From Squalus acanthias (taxonomy: Eukaryota), in the NCBI GenBank assembly GCA_030390025.1, contig CM059432.1:135720001-135784000 (forward strand): 64,000 nt of DNA. Reading direction: 5' to 3'. Of the stretch, positions 53,660 through 64,000 are shown in pieces. How positions within the stretch are numbered: the first letter of the stretch is position 1; each line of letters begins with the position of its first letter. The position numbers and the translations under genes were made by a program. A model generated the notes under the pieces. It saw nothing but the letters and a program-made list of their open reading frames with translations, was not told the DNA's origin and searched no databases.

Positions 53660-53922
53660 TGCCGAGTAGGTGACAGATATGGTGGATGGGGAAAGCAGCG
53701 GATGTGGTGTACATGGACTTTCAAAAAACCTTTGACAAGGTACCACACAGGAGACCATTGGAGAATATTGAGTGGATGGAGTTGGGGGGTGGGGGGGGGT
53801 GGGGGGTGGTGGTATCGGGTAGCAAATTGGATTTAAAACTGGTTAGAAGGCAGGAAGGAGATTAGGAGTTAAGGGCTGTTTCTCAAAGTAGTTGGAAGCG
53901 GGTAGCGGTGTCCCACAGGGTT
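53660..53922 (+). mobile_element. Highly decayed CR1 RT fragment
   Basis: gatgtggtgtacatggactttcaaaaaacctttgacaaggtaccacac (DVVYMDFQKTFDKVPH); ggtgtcccacaggg. Confidence 0.7.
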
Positions 53923-54719
53923 TACAATTCCACTACACTTAGTGCATAGAGGAAATCATCTTCTCCCCTTCCCATCCAGTAATGACAAGGACATTGGTTT
54001 TCTGTTTTCACAGAAGGGGCAGAAGCCAGGTGGGTGGGCAGATAAAATTGACCGGGTGACATACTTGTCAACATCCTGCCTGGATCCCGCTGTTTTCAAT
54101 TTTAACCTGCGCTTTTGAGCAGGCAGAAACCAGTGGGATCCTTCTTTAAATATGCAGATCAGAGTCTGACGATGTCATCGGGCTCCGACTGCAATTTTAA
54201 CTCTGGCCTGCGTGGGGCAGCCTTGGTGGCTTTCTGCCAGGTGAAGAGAGTCAGGAAGAGGATCCTGGACCAGAAGAAGCAATGTACGGTAAAGTTAAAA
54301 AAAAACTCTCGTGGGACCAGGAGGAACAGGAGTGCTTCCTCTGTGTCACGTCAGGAAAGTCACAACTTCCTTGCTCCCCCGCTCTCCTCCCTCCCGTAGG
54401 ATCCTCCCCAAACTCTGGCTGGCAGCCTCCTGCCACCCGAGCCTTCGCTCCACCTGTTTCTAGTGGGTAGCTGACCGGTAGAATGCCGATGAAGCCCGGG
54501 AGTTAAAATTGCCTGGGCATCATGCTGCTGAGTTTGGGAGGGATTTGGTGCTCGCCAGGCCAGCCTGAGGCCAACTCCCGGTTAAAATTCACCCTTAGAA
54601 TCCCAGGATTTGATCCCAAAAATGTCAATTAACAATGCCAGCATCCCATGTAATAAAAATGGTTTAATCTGTCATCATAAACTAATGGCCCTACTTATTG
54701 ATGTTGAGTGATGGGGAGA

Positions 54720-54836
54720 CAGGGACAGGGTACTGGATTTGGATGATCAGCCATGATCGTATTGAATGGCGGAGCAGGCTCGACGGGCCGAATGGCCTAC
54801 TCCTGCTCCTAGATTCTATGTTTCTATGTTTCTATG
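54720..54836 (+). mobile_element. CR1/V-SINE 3' tail
   Basis: Nearly identical to 14360-14466. Confidence 0.8.
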
Positions 54837-56373
54837 AGACCTTACTCCTGGTTATGTTTTACTTGACTTGGGAATGCTTCATGTTGACAGCGTGGCCTAA
54901 ATAGGGAGCATGCACTATTTCCCAGTGCTGACACAGAATCACAAAAGGAGGCCATTTGGCCCATCATGCCTGTGCCAGCTCTTTGAAAGAGCTATCCAAT
55001 TAGACTCGCCGTGTGAAAAATACTCCTTATGTTATGCTCTGTTTTAACATCTGCTCTAATTCAGTTCTTTCTGAATCACTCACCAATAATCTTTTGTTAA
55101 GTATTGATTTTTAATGAGCTGGATACTCAAAATATCTAATTAAATACCACCATGTGCAGATCAGCGGCTTGTTATTGTAATATTGACATTGTGAGTCAAC
55201 AACAGTGGTTAGAATTAATCTGAAAATGTTGAGGTCTTCAATAACATTGCCTTAATTCATATTTTAAATGCCTGTCAAAAACCTGCAGCACTTAAGACAT
55301 ATGAGTCCACAAGAAAACCTCGAGAAACCATCGTTAAACTAAATATAAATGATCAGTCAGGGGAGGATTTATCGAATTTGTAATAATTCTTGCGTGAAGA
55401 AGCTAAAGGCTGAGCATTAGGGCTGCTTCCTTTGAATTATGATTAGTTGTTCCAACAGTAACTCGCAGTTGATGCTTTCCCAATGGCAATTGATTGTTCT
55501 GCTGTTGGGAAACTGGCACTTGAGGGTGTGGTAGGCCCTACTTTAGCCAGGATCTGTGTCACCTTGTGTTGGGAGGCAATTGAGGTGGAACTGGCAGAAC
55601 TTCTGAGTGATGATGTAATCCTCTCGGTCCTACCTCTTCTGGTGATGTCTGCACAGCGTGCAAGAACTTCTGGTGGAAATTCCTTGCGTTTAAAAATGGA
55701 CAGTGACACAGCAGAACCAGGTCCTGCCCAAATCTGGTCCACCCACCCTGCTGGTGCTCCCCTTGACCCATAGTCCAGGAATTTTGGACCCATGACAGTG
55801 GAAGAATTGATTGGCTGAAAGTGAATGGAAATGTGACTATTTTTGCTGGTTGATATAAATATAATTCTTTCAGATGTTTTCATTTTGTGATGTGCAAAAA
55901 CGATGAACTCATTAGAAACGGGCTCCTTCTCAACATCTCTTCTGCGATGCCCATTTTGATTGTGGGTGAGGAGTGAACTACTGGATGAGATTCCATTTTG
56001 ATGTCAGTAAGGAACTGCAGAGGTTGTAGAATGGACTTGACTGTCTAACTGCCTCCAATGCGCCTTCCTGTTTCACTGTTTGCAAAGTTACACTGGAAAT
56101 TTTTTGAACATATTTCTCACAGTATTTTGTTACAAAAGGCGTTTGATTTTAGCAAAAGCAAAATACTGCGGATGCTGGAAATCGGAAATAAAAACAGAAA
56201 ATGCTGGAAACACTCTCATTATCACCCACTTTTGCTTTGTACCATCTTCCCTTTAGTCATTTAATCACTCCTGTTCTCCACCCTATGACAGACCTTCCCC
56301 TTTTGTTCTTTCACTTACAACTGCACTTTCAAAATCCCAACTGTCTAGCCTTTGGCCCTCCATGCAACATGAC

Positions 56374-56806
56374 GGGCTGGATTTTGAATGACCCGTGGAG
56401 TCGGGTTTGGAGGCGTGTGGGGGGTTAAAGTAGCAGATTCGGGGGTCCCGACCCCAACACGCCTCCACACAATTTTGACAAAATGGGTCGCGGGGTTCCC
56501 GACTCCGTCCCGCCTCCAAGAGGCGCGAGAAGCCATTAACGCTCTTAACTATCCCTAAATTGGCTCTGTAATGCCATTTTGAAACGTTTTAGCTAGTTTA
56601 ACCCTTTTCCGACATGAAGTACGCCTGATGTGAAACACGCCAGTGAAACCTGGCTGGAGCACAAGTGGATGCAGGTCGACTATTACAACGGAGATGTGAT
56701 GAAGGTAGTAGTAGTATTAGGTCTGAAAGTCGCCTATGATGCTGCTGCATTGAATGTCTTCAGAAACTGCCTGGCCTTTGCTGTGAGAGGACCTGGATGC
56801 AAAAAC

Positions 56807-56886
<80 letters not shown>

Positions 56887-56895
56887 TTCTCTCTT

Positions 56896-56934
<39 letters not shown>

Positions 56935-57215
56935 GTCCTTAGAGCTGCTGCTCATTTTGCATCCAGGTCCTCTCACACCAAAGGCCAGGCCGTCTCTGAG
57001 ACCAGTCAGTCAGTCTCTGACCTGCAATGATGACATCATCAGAGGCGACTTTCAGACTGAAACCACTAATTGGTTCATGTGTTCCCACATGCTGGAACTC
57101 AATTACCCAATTAAGTTAAAATTGCATCATTCATCCACATTAATCTGGAGTCGGGGGGACAACACGAAATGTGGGTAACACGACCCCAACCCGACCCCAA
57201 GACAAAATCCAGCCC
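56374..57215. mobile_element. Harbinger-type non-autonomous element
   Basis: 13-bp perfect TIRs gggctggattttg / caaaatccagccc; 3-bp TSD GAC. Confidence 0.82.
56810..56934 (+). repeat. (CT)n microsatellite
   Basis: About 125 nt of ct repeats with tt interruptions. Confidence 0.95.
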
Positions 57216-57239
57216 GACATTTCTGCAGCTACCGATCTG

Positions 57240-57615
57240 GTCATCCTTGTTTTCAAACCCCTCCATGGCCTTGCCCTCCCAATCTCTGTAATCTCCTCCA
57301 GCCCTACGATCCTCCGAGATATCTGCTCCTCCAATTCTGGCCTCTTGAGCATCCCCGATTTTAATCGCCGCACCATTGGCGGCCGTGCCTTCAGCTGCCT
57401 AGGCTCTAAGCTCTGGAATTCCCTCCCTAAATCTCTCCGCCTCTCTACTTCACTTTTCTCCTTTAAGACGCTCCTTGAAACATACCTCGTTCCTGTCCTA
57501 ATATCTCCTTATGTGGCTCGGTGTCAAATTTTGTCTGATAACGCTCCTGTGAAGCGCCTTGGGATGTTTTACAATGTTAAAGGCGCTATATAAATGTAAG
57601 TTGTTGTTGCTGTTG
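57240..57615 (+). mobile_element. L2 LINE 3' end
   Basis: Homologous to 20065-20455; tail taaatgtaagttgttgttg. Confidence 0.82.
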
Positions 57616-57687
57616 TTTACTCCCCACCCTCCCTTTTTCCCCTGGCTCTGCTCTTGCTTTTCAACTGTTAAATCTCAAACTACTTCC

Positions 57688-57724
57688 AGTTCTGAGGAAA
57701 GGTCATGGACCTGAAACGATAACT
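57688..57724 (+). ncRNA. Minimal hammerhead ribozyme motif (degenerate)
   Basis: agtt-CTGAGGA-a-aggtc-atg-gacct-GAAA-cgat-aact; stem I agtt/aact, stem II aggtc/gacct; the expected ACGT palindrome reads ACGA. Confidence 0.6.
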
Positions 57725-58082
57725 CTCGTTTCTCTCTCCACATATGCTGCCTGGCCCGCTAAGTGTTTTTCAGCATTTTCTGTTTGTATTTGTATTTGAT
57801 TTTAACTTGGGCTTGGCTGCGACACGGCTCCATGATTGTATCACCTGGTGACATTCACTGCCAAAGCTCACACATGAAGAATTGGCATGAGGGGTGAACT
57901 ACTCAAGGGCTGCTGGCAACCATGGAAGTATGTCCCAGCACGGGACTATGTGTTCATAAGATAAAAGGGAAGGAAATTGAAAGAAAGTAAAAGAAAAACC
58001 ATTAATTTCTAACAAAAATAAATAAGAAAAGAATTTACCAATTGAAGCTAAAACAAAATGGAAACCTTCCCCGCTCTCCCCA

Positions 58083-58500
58083 GGGCTCAGTTGGTAAAGG
58101 TATCGGATAACTTGGCCATACAGATCAGAATGTACTCGGTTTGATTTGTGGCCCTTGCTGAATTAGCTGATCTAAGCCCGGGTGGGAATTGGGGTGCTAC
58201 AATTTACCTCAGATAGGGAGGGAGAAATCAGCCCAGCTTCCCCATCCTGTTCACTAGCAGGTGACCCTTCCTGAAAAGCACCCTTCCTCTGGGACTGTTG
58301 GGTGGGGATGGGACTGGCTTCATCTGTGATGCCCCTTATGGTAAGATACCTCACTGGCACTTAGTTGCTAGGCTCTTCCTTGAATAATGACCCACAGAAT
58401 GAGGTATCTGGGTACACCAAACCTTGTGGTATTGTACCCTGGCAGGAGTTATTGCCTTTTCAGAGAAGAATAGGAGAAAAAGGGAGAAAATGGGCAAAAG
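58083..58500 (+). mobile_element. Old tRNA-like SINE (unnamed family), most complete copy
   Basis: A-box-like ggctcagttgg; shared blocks ttagctgatct, gggtgctacaatt, gggagggagaaatcagcc, gtgatgcccc; purine-rich end. Confidence 0.6.
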
Positions 58501-59571
58501 AAAATGATTCCCCTTGGAAGAAATGAGTCTACAAGGTAAATAATATCAGAAAAGGATTACGGAATGAAGACTCATGAATCAGTAGTGCAAGGACATGGAA
58601 GTGGGCAACGGACTTAAAAGGAAAGAAACTTGACTCCCCAGGGAGAGAGAAGTTTTTTTTTTCAAATTTCCGGTAACCAAGGATTATGCGATTTTTGAAA
58701 ATTGTTCCAAGGCAAATCAAGAGCACGGTCTGTGGCATCTTTGAAGAAGCGTTTAATCTGCAGTGCCGAGGTATGCTAAGCCTCTTTGCTTTTCTTTGTT
58801 GGCTCCCCTGCTAATGCTGGTCTGCAAAGCAAAGATGATCCCAAATCAGTGGGCGACAGGAGAGAACAATTAGGTGCAGTGATATTAGGCGGCATTGTGA
58901 AAAGTAGGCTGATGAAATAATTCCTTGATCAGTCCAGTGGAAGAATTGCTCTGGAAAACTTGCGTCAGTTAGTTGCAGGATCCCTCTTTGTTGCATTGCT
59001 AGGTTATACAGTAGACTCTATTTAGCTTGGCTACCATGCAGTTTTGTATTGACATTTAAAGAACATTAAACACACAATATTATCTCTTTGCCATGTGAAC
59101 TATCTCTACTATACCTACCCATACTTTTCAACATTGGCCTACATAGGCTCTTCACACTGTTTTCATTATGTGTCTTTCAAGATTTCGTGCCTTCAATGCC
59201 AGCCAACATATACTTATTGTATAAATACAAGCCGTCCACAATGTGCATAGATTTTCCGCAAATTTTATGATTGCAAGAGGTTCTTTTTTAAGCCATGGTC
59301 AAGTAGTCTGCCAAAACTCACTGTCTAGCTTCACACATGAAGAAGCTTCTATTTGGCCATTGATGGTCAGCTGGCTGGGACAACTGGACCCCACCCACGC
59401 TCTTAGAACAAGAAAGGTTAAGAAGAGAAAAAATTGTAGGGAGCGGGGAGAGGAAGAGATCATGGGCTAGATATTAGAAATGAGCACTTCTGGCATAGAA
59501 CTCAGTACAACAAGAGTGCCTGTTGAGAATTCAGGTTTGGAGATCAGCGCGCTCCGCATGATTCTCCATTA

Positions 59572-60030
59572 AAGACAGAACTTGCATTTATATAGAGCCT
59601 TTCACAAACTCAGGACATCCCAAAGCGCTTTACAGCCAATGAAGTACTTTCGAAGTGTAGTCACCATTGTAACGTAGGAAGCACAGCAACCAATTTGCGT
59701 ACAGCAAGCTCCCACAAACAGCAATGTGATAATGACCAGATAATCTGTTTTAGTGATGTTGATTGAGGGATAAATATTGGCCCCAGCACAGTGGGGATAA
59801 CTCCCCTGCTCTTCTTCAAAATAGTGCCACAGGATCTTTTACGTCCACCTGAGAGAATAGACGGTGCCTCGGTTTAACATCTCATCTGAAAGACGGCACC
59901 TCCGACAATGCAGCACTCCCTCAGCACTGCACTGGAGTTTCAGCCTAGATTTTTGTGCTCAAGTCTCTGGAGTGGGACTTGAGCCCCCAATCTTCTGACT
60001 CATAGGTGAGAGTGCTACCCACTGAACCTT
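59572..60030 (-). mobile_element. SacSINE1-like SINE, full length
   Basis: Near-identical in structure to 14914-15365. Confidence 0.87.
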
Positions 60031-60079
60031 GGCCGGCAGGTGTGGAGACCAGCGCGCTCTGCAGGATTCTCCCTCCATT

Positions 60080-60190
60080 AAAGAAAGAACTTGCATTGCT
60101 ATAGCGCCTTTCACGACCTCAGGACGTCTCAAAGCACTTTACAGCCAATGAAGTACTTTTTTGAAGTGTAGTCCCTGTTGTAATGTAAGA
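60080..60190 (-). mobile_element. SacSINE1-like tail fragment
   Basis: aagaaagaacttgcattgctatagcgcctttcacg...gttgtaatgta. Confidence 0.8.
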
Positions 60191-60924
60191 AATTAAAATT
60201 AAAATCAAGCTTTGTGCCAGGGTGTTAATTTGTAAAATCTACACCCATGTCTTGTTGAAAACCTAGCTACACTGTTACTCAAAACAGAATGGGGAAAAAA
60301 AAGACATTTATCCCAACATACTGTATGATATGCTTTAACCTGTCAAAGTGTTTGTACCTTGTTAATGGGGAACGTTTACTGAGGTTCAGTTCATTTTGCA
60401 TATATTCCAATGGAAAGACTGTGGTTGAGGGGAACAGTTCAGTCGAGAGCGGCTGTTTTATCAGCTCAATTCCTCGACAGCACCAATCTATTATTGGATC
60501 AGATGTGAATAATTTAAACAGCAGAAATAGACTTTTGTTTTTGTGCAGGCTATCGAAGACAGTAACTGGAGTTGTAATGAATACAGGGCATATATACCTG
60601 GCAGAAATGGATTCTGCCCTAAAATCCAGCCCTCAAAGTTCAGATGCGCCTTTACTACACTCTTGTTCGAGGTTTTGGGGCCTGCTTTAGATATTCCCTT
60701 GGGTACAGTAGTGCTGGTCACTGCTCTAAGTGGTCCAAGCGTCTTATGTTAAGGACTGTGCCTGTTCTAACCTACATAGAATTTACACAAAGAAATAGGC
60801 CATTCGGCCCATCCAGTCGATGTGCCCTCACATGGGCTTCTCCAATCATCCCAAAGTTGGACTGAACTAGCTGGTAAGACAAAGCCCGACACGAATTGTT
60901 CAACTGCTTTGTTTTACAGACAGT

Positions 60925-61102
60925 GGGAGTCAGTTTAACTGTTGTCATCGGGCGAAAAACGGGAGATAGCGAATCGGACAACGGTTTTATACCTCATCTG
61001 ATTGACTTCAATGGAACGGTAAATTGGGCGGGGCGTAAAGCGAGCTGCTGATTGGCTATCTTCCTTTTTACACTTGACCATAAAAGTTAAAATGACCCCC
61101 CC
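60925..61102. mobile_element. Palindromic MITE with attgacttcaatgg centre
   Basis: Imperfect TIRs gggagtcagtttaact / agttaaaatgacccc; relatives at about 42700-42846, about 22180-22310 and 35011/37972. Confidence 0.6.
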
Positions 61103-62616
61103 CCCCGCCCCTCCAAAGCAAGTGAATGTACAGACAGCAGAAGCAATCAGATATCACCTTTACTTAACTAACTACAGAACCCTCCTTGAGAAAAAGAAAA
61201 ACACTTCAAATATACCACACCATCCCTGTTAACTTTTCCTAGTCAACTATCTGATCCTGACCAGCTCTGGGCTTGAGAAGAGTGTGTTTGCCCTCGGGCT
61301 TCGTCCCCCCAACCTAGCTGGCTGCTCATGTGTCTCTTTGTCTTTTTCTCTGTCTTCCCAACCATTGGGAGCGTTATCCCTCTGACTCGTTCCCCAATCA
61401 GTGATTTGCCAGTAGGCCTGTCAATAACGCTGGTTCCCTTGCTCCTCCTCCCCTTGGGTTGTAGGTTTAAAGAAAACATCTCCTACCTTTCTCTAGATGA
61501 ATAGGAGGCAATCCTGGCTTAATGGGCCCAGGCTGAGGCAACTGGCCCTCATTGTATACGTAAATTCCCGAAATATGACAACATGGATTTCTGGACCCCA
61601 AGTGTCAGCAAACCACTAGATCCTAGAGGAAGCAGGCACCATCGTTGAGCCCAGTCTGTGTCCACATACCCGATGTCCACATACATACAATTCTGGCAGG
61701 GGTCACTGGATGGCTATCACAGACAAGAACTTGAGAATGAGATGACAGGAATGGCTTCCTTGCCATTTGGTGTTATTTAGGTAGGTTCCATTTTAATACA
61801 GCCGTCTTCTCCCAAATGAATGACTCGAGAAATGCAGATATCTTGAATTTTATGAAACACTGTGAATTTGAAAACAGAGCATCAAGAGCAATTAAAGTTA
61901 CAGTGATAAAGCACTTTAAATAAAGGTCCTTCATTAACTACAGTTTCCAAATGATGCGTACTAAAGGGATTGTAGAACAGAAGCTCCGAACTAACCAAAG
62001 GTTATGAATAACGTACGTCCTAAGCTGACTACCTGCTCCCTAACTAAAGGCCCAAAATGCCACTAAACAAACTGGAATTAAGCTGAAGAGCTTATGAAAA
62101 CCAATTTAGCTAGAAGCCATATCTTGTGGTGCTAGTGATGGTGGTGGTATGTGTTGTGTGTGTGTGCTGTGTGTAAGTGTTATGTGTGTATGTGTTGTGT
62201 TGTGTGTGCATGCATGCGTGTGTGTAAGGGGTTGAGAATACTGATTACTATGTGTTGTACCCAGATATGAGTGAAAACTTGAGGAGGGAAGAGCTGCAGC
62301 CATATGATAGGAGCTGACTTAGTCAACTGATAGTTTAAAGGTACAATTCTACACAGTTGTTCAATAATTAAACTTTAGACACAGATAGATAGCAGCTGAA
62401 GATCATGTTCCTCTTAAAAACAACTGAGTCCCTCATCCCATCTGATTTTAAGTTATTTAAGCCCTTGTGTTGGAGATCAGTTTCAGTAACACGAGGTTCG
62501 CTTTCCTTTGATCTTCCCACTCTGAGTCCTGTCTCTATGACTGGCAGGAACCCTTGGGTAAAGAGCATGGGTCAGCGGTGTGAGCATACAAACTGTGCGT
62601 TACTGAAAACGATCTC

Positions 62617-62912
62617 TGTAATGTATTATCACATGGTTTGTCACATTGTTTAGTATGAGCATGCTCAATTCGCTCTGGCCTAATAAAGCCAGCACATGGA
62701 TGAGCAACTCACCGTGTCTCTGTCCTTCATTTGTGCCCTAAAAATGGCTTTGAAATCCCATCCTTGTCGCCAAAATGTAATATATGTGGGTAGGACAAAT
62801 GAAGGACAGAGACACGATGAGTTGCTCGTCCATGTGCAGGCTTTATTAGGCCAGAGCGAACTGAGCATGCTCATACTAAACCATGTGACAAACCATGTGA
62901 TAATACATTACA
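62617..62912. mobile_element. Fold-back element: 118-bp TIRs, TGT..ACA ends, 5-bp TSD
   Basis: Arms 62617-62734 and 62795-62912 (5 mismatches by hand count); TSD ATCTC at 62612-62616 / 62913-62917. Confidence 0.88.
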
Positions 62913-63064
62913 ATCTCTATGACAATTTTTTTGAGAGATAGGCTACTTCTTGACTGTTGCCTACAAGGTGATGAATATTCAATTGTGAAGCCCAAGGAGA
63001 GAGATGAGGCTTGCTCATAACTGGTTGACCGATCAGTGGGACATTAAGGAAAAATATCTACATG

Positions 63065-63175
63065 ATTCCTACATTACAACAGTGACCACACTTCGAAAGT
63101 ACCTCATTGGCTGTGAAGCGCTTTGGGGTGTCCTGAGGTTGTTAAAGGCGCTATAGAAATGCAAGGCTTTCTTTT
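63065..63175 (+). mobile_element. SacSINE1-like tail fragment
   Basis: ttcctacattacaacagtgaccacacttcg...aggcgctatagaaatgcaag. Confidence 0.8.
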
Positions 63176-63610
63176 TTTTAACATGTTCATCAGAACTCCA
63201 ATAAAAAGAAACTCATAGCATCCTCTGATGGACTCATGGTCGTGGGTAAATGCAATATCTAATGTAGCATTCAGCTATTCATAACTTTGAGACCTTCGAT
63301 TTGATTCCCAGTCTGTACTAAGTTAGCAGTCAAGGTGGCAATAGGGATGTTAACATTGGGATCAGCACCCTTGGCCTGTGAAAGCTGAGGTAAAAATTAC
63401 CTGATGGAAGCAGCTGGGTGAGTGGACACTGTCTCCCTGAGGCATAGGATGTGGCAGCCAATGAGGATGTTTTCAGGCATCAGTAGGAATGCTAAGACTA
63501 CACATGTTTGGAAAACTAGTCGTATTGAGCCACAGCAGGCCATAGCAGGCACATCAGAAGCATGTTACTCTTCACCATGTGTACCATCAGCAAGTTAGCA
63601 AGGAGACAAT

Positions 63611-64000
63611 GGCCTGAATTTTAATCCTTTGGCGGGTTGGGAGTGGGGTGGTGGGAGGCTCAGAAGACTTGGGAAACCCTGGAGAACGGATTTCTCGCAG
63701 GCCCTGCCGAATTTAACGGCAGGGTCTGATTTGCATTTGAAACCTCTGTTTCCCACCCGAAGCCAGGGCGGGTAGGCCTGCAGCACTAGGCTGCAGAGAG
63801 GAGGGCGGGAGTGACGGAGTGGGGGGCTGGAGGATGATCGGGGGGCTGAGGGCTGATCGAGGGGCTGGAGGATGATCGGGGGGCTGGGGGCGGATCGAGT
63901 GGGTGCGGAGGATGATCGGGGGGCTGATCGAGTGGGGGCAGGAGGATGATCGGGGGGGTGGGGGCGGATCGAGTGGGTGCGGAGGATGATCGGGGGGCTG
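63611..64000. mobile_element. Harbinger-type element running off the window, with internal G-rich minisatellite
   Basis: Starts ggcctgaatttt after AAT; ggaggatgatcggggggctg-type units from about 63820. Confidence 0.55.

Larger units (their letters stand above)
56154..57794 (+). mobile_element. Penelope-like insertion hosting a nested Harbinger-type element and an L2 tail
   Basis: Inverted ends aaataaaaacagaaaatgctggaaacact / agtgtttttcagcattttctgtttgtattt; TSD tttgattttagc (56142-56153) / tttgattttaac (57795-57806); hammerhead motif. Confidence 0.65.

Noticed and set aside
55443..55883. 146-aa minus ORF with an acceptor-like site and a faint PDZ-like phrase
   Set aside because: No convincing homology; it contains a gggtccaaaattcc terminus-like motif and looks like a decayed GC-rich MITE.
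56630..57178. 182-aa ORF with an SL repeat (and ER repeat on the opposite strand)
   Set aside because: Artefact of the (CT)n microsatellite.
60289..60690. Region open on both strands for more than 100 codons
   Set aside because: No recognisable domain or clean splice pair; compatible with chance.
63820..64000. CRISPR-like repeat array
   Set aside because: Degenerate G-rich tandem units without unique spacers, in a vertebrate transposon.

Overview
Eukaryotic, repeat-rich, apparently non-coding DNA. The repeat content (Deu-domain SacSINE1-like SINEs, an HE1-like V-SINE, CR1 and L2 LINEs, Penelope elements) points to a cartilaginous fish (shark); this is inferred from recalled repeat families, not from a search. 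No host protein-coding gene is recognisable, and all long ORFs are decayed LINE ORF2 (APE/RT) pieces or Harbinger Myb-like remnants. The most striking element is a full-length, ORF1-less APE-RT LINE at 38612-41838. Its 5' end is a tRNA-derived Pol III promoter and its 3.2-kb sense strand has only one TTTT run, making it a candidate Pol III-transcribed autonomous retrotransposon. Other notable items: Penelope insertions with minimal hammerhead ribozymes and 11-12 bp TSDs; a TGT..ACA fold-back element with 118-bp arms and a 5-bp TSD; a family of Harbinger-type elements with 3-bp TSDs; several multi-level nested insertions; and a locally duplicated 350-bp enhancer-like sequence. Boundaries and counts were done by eye, and ends of old repeats are approximate.
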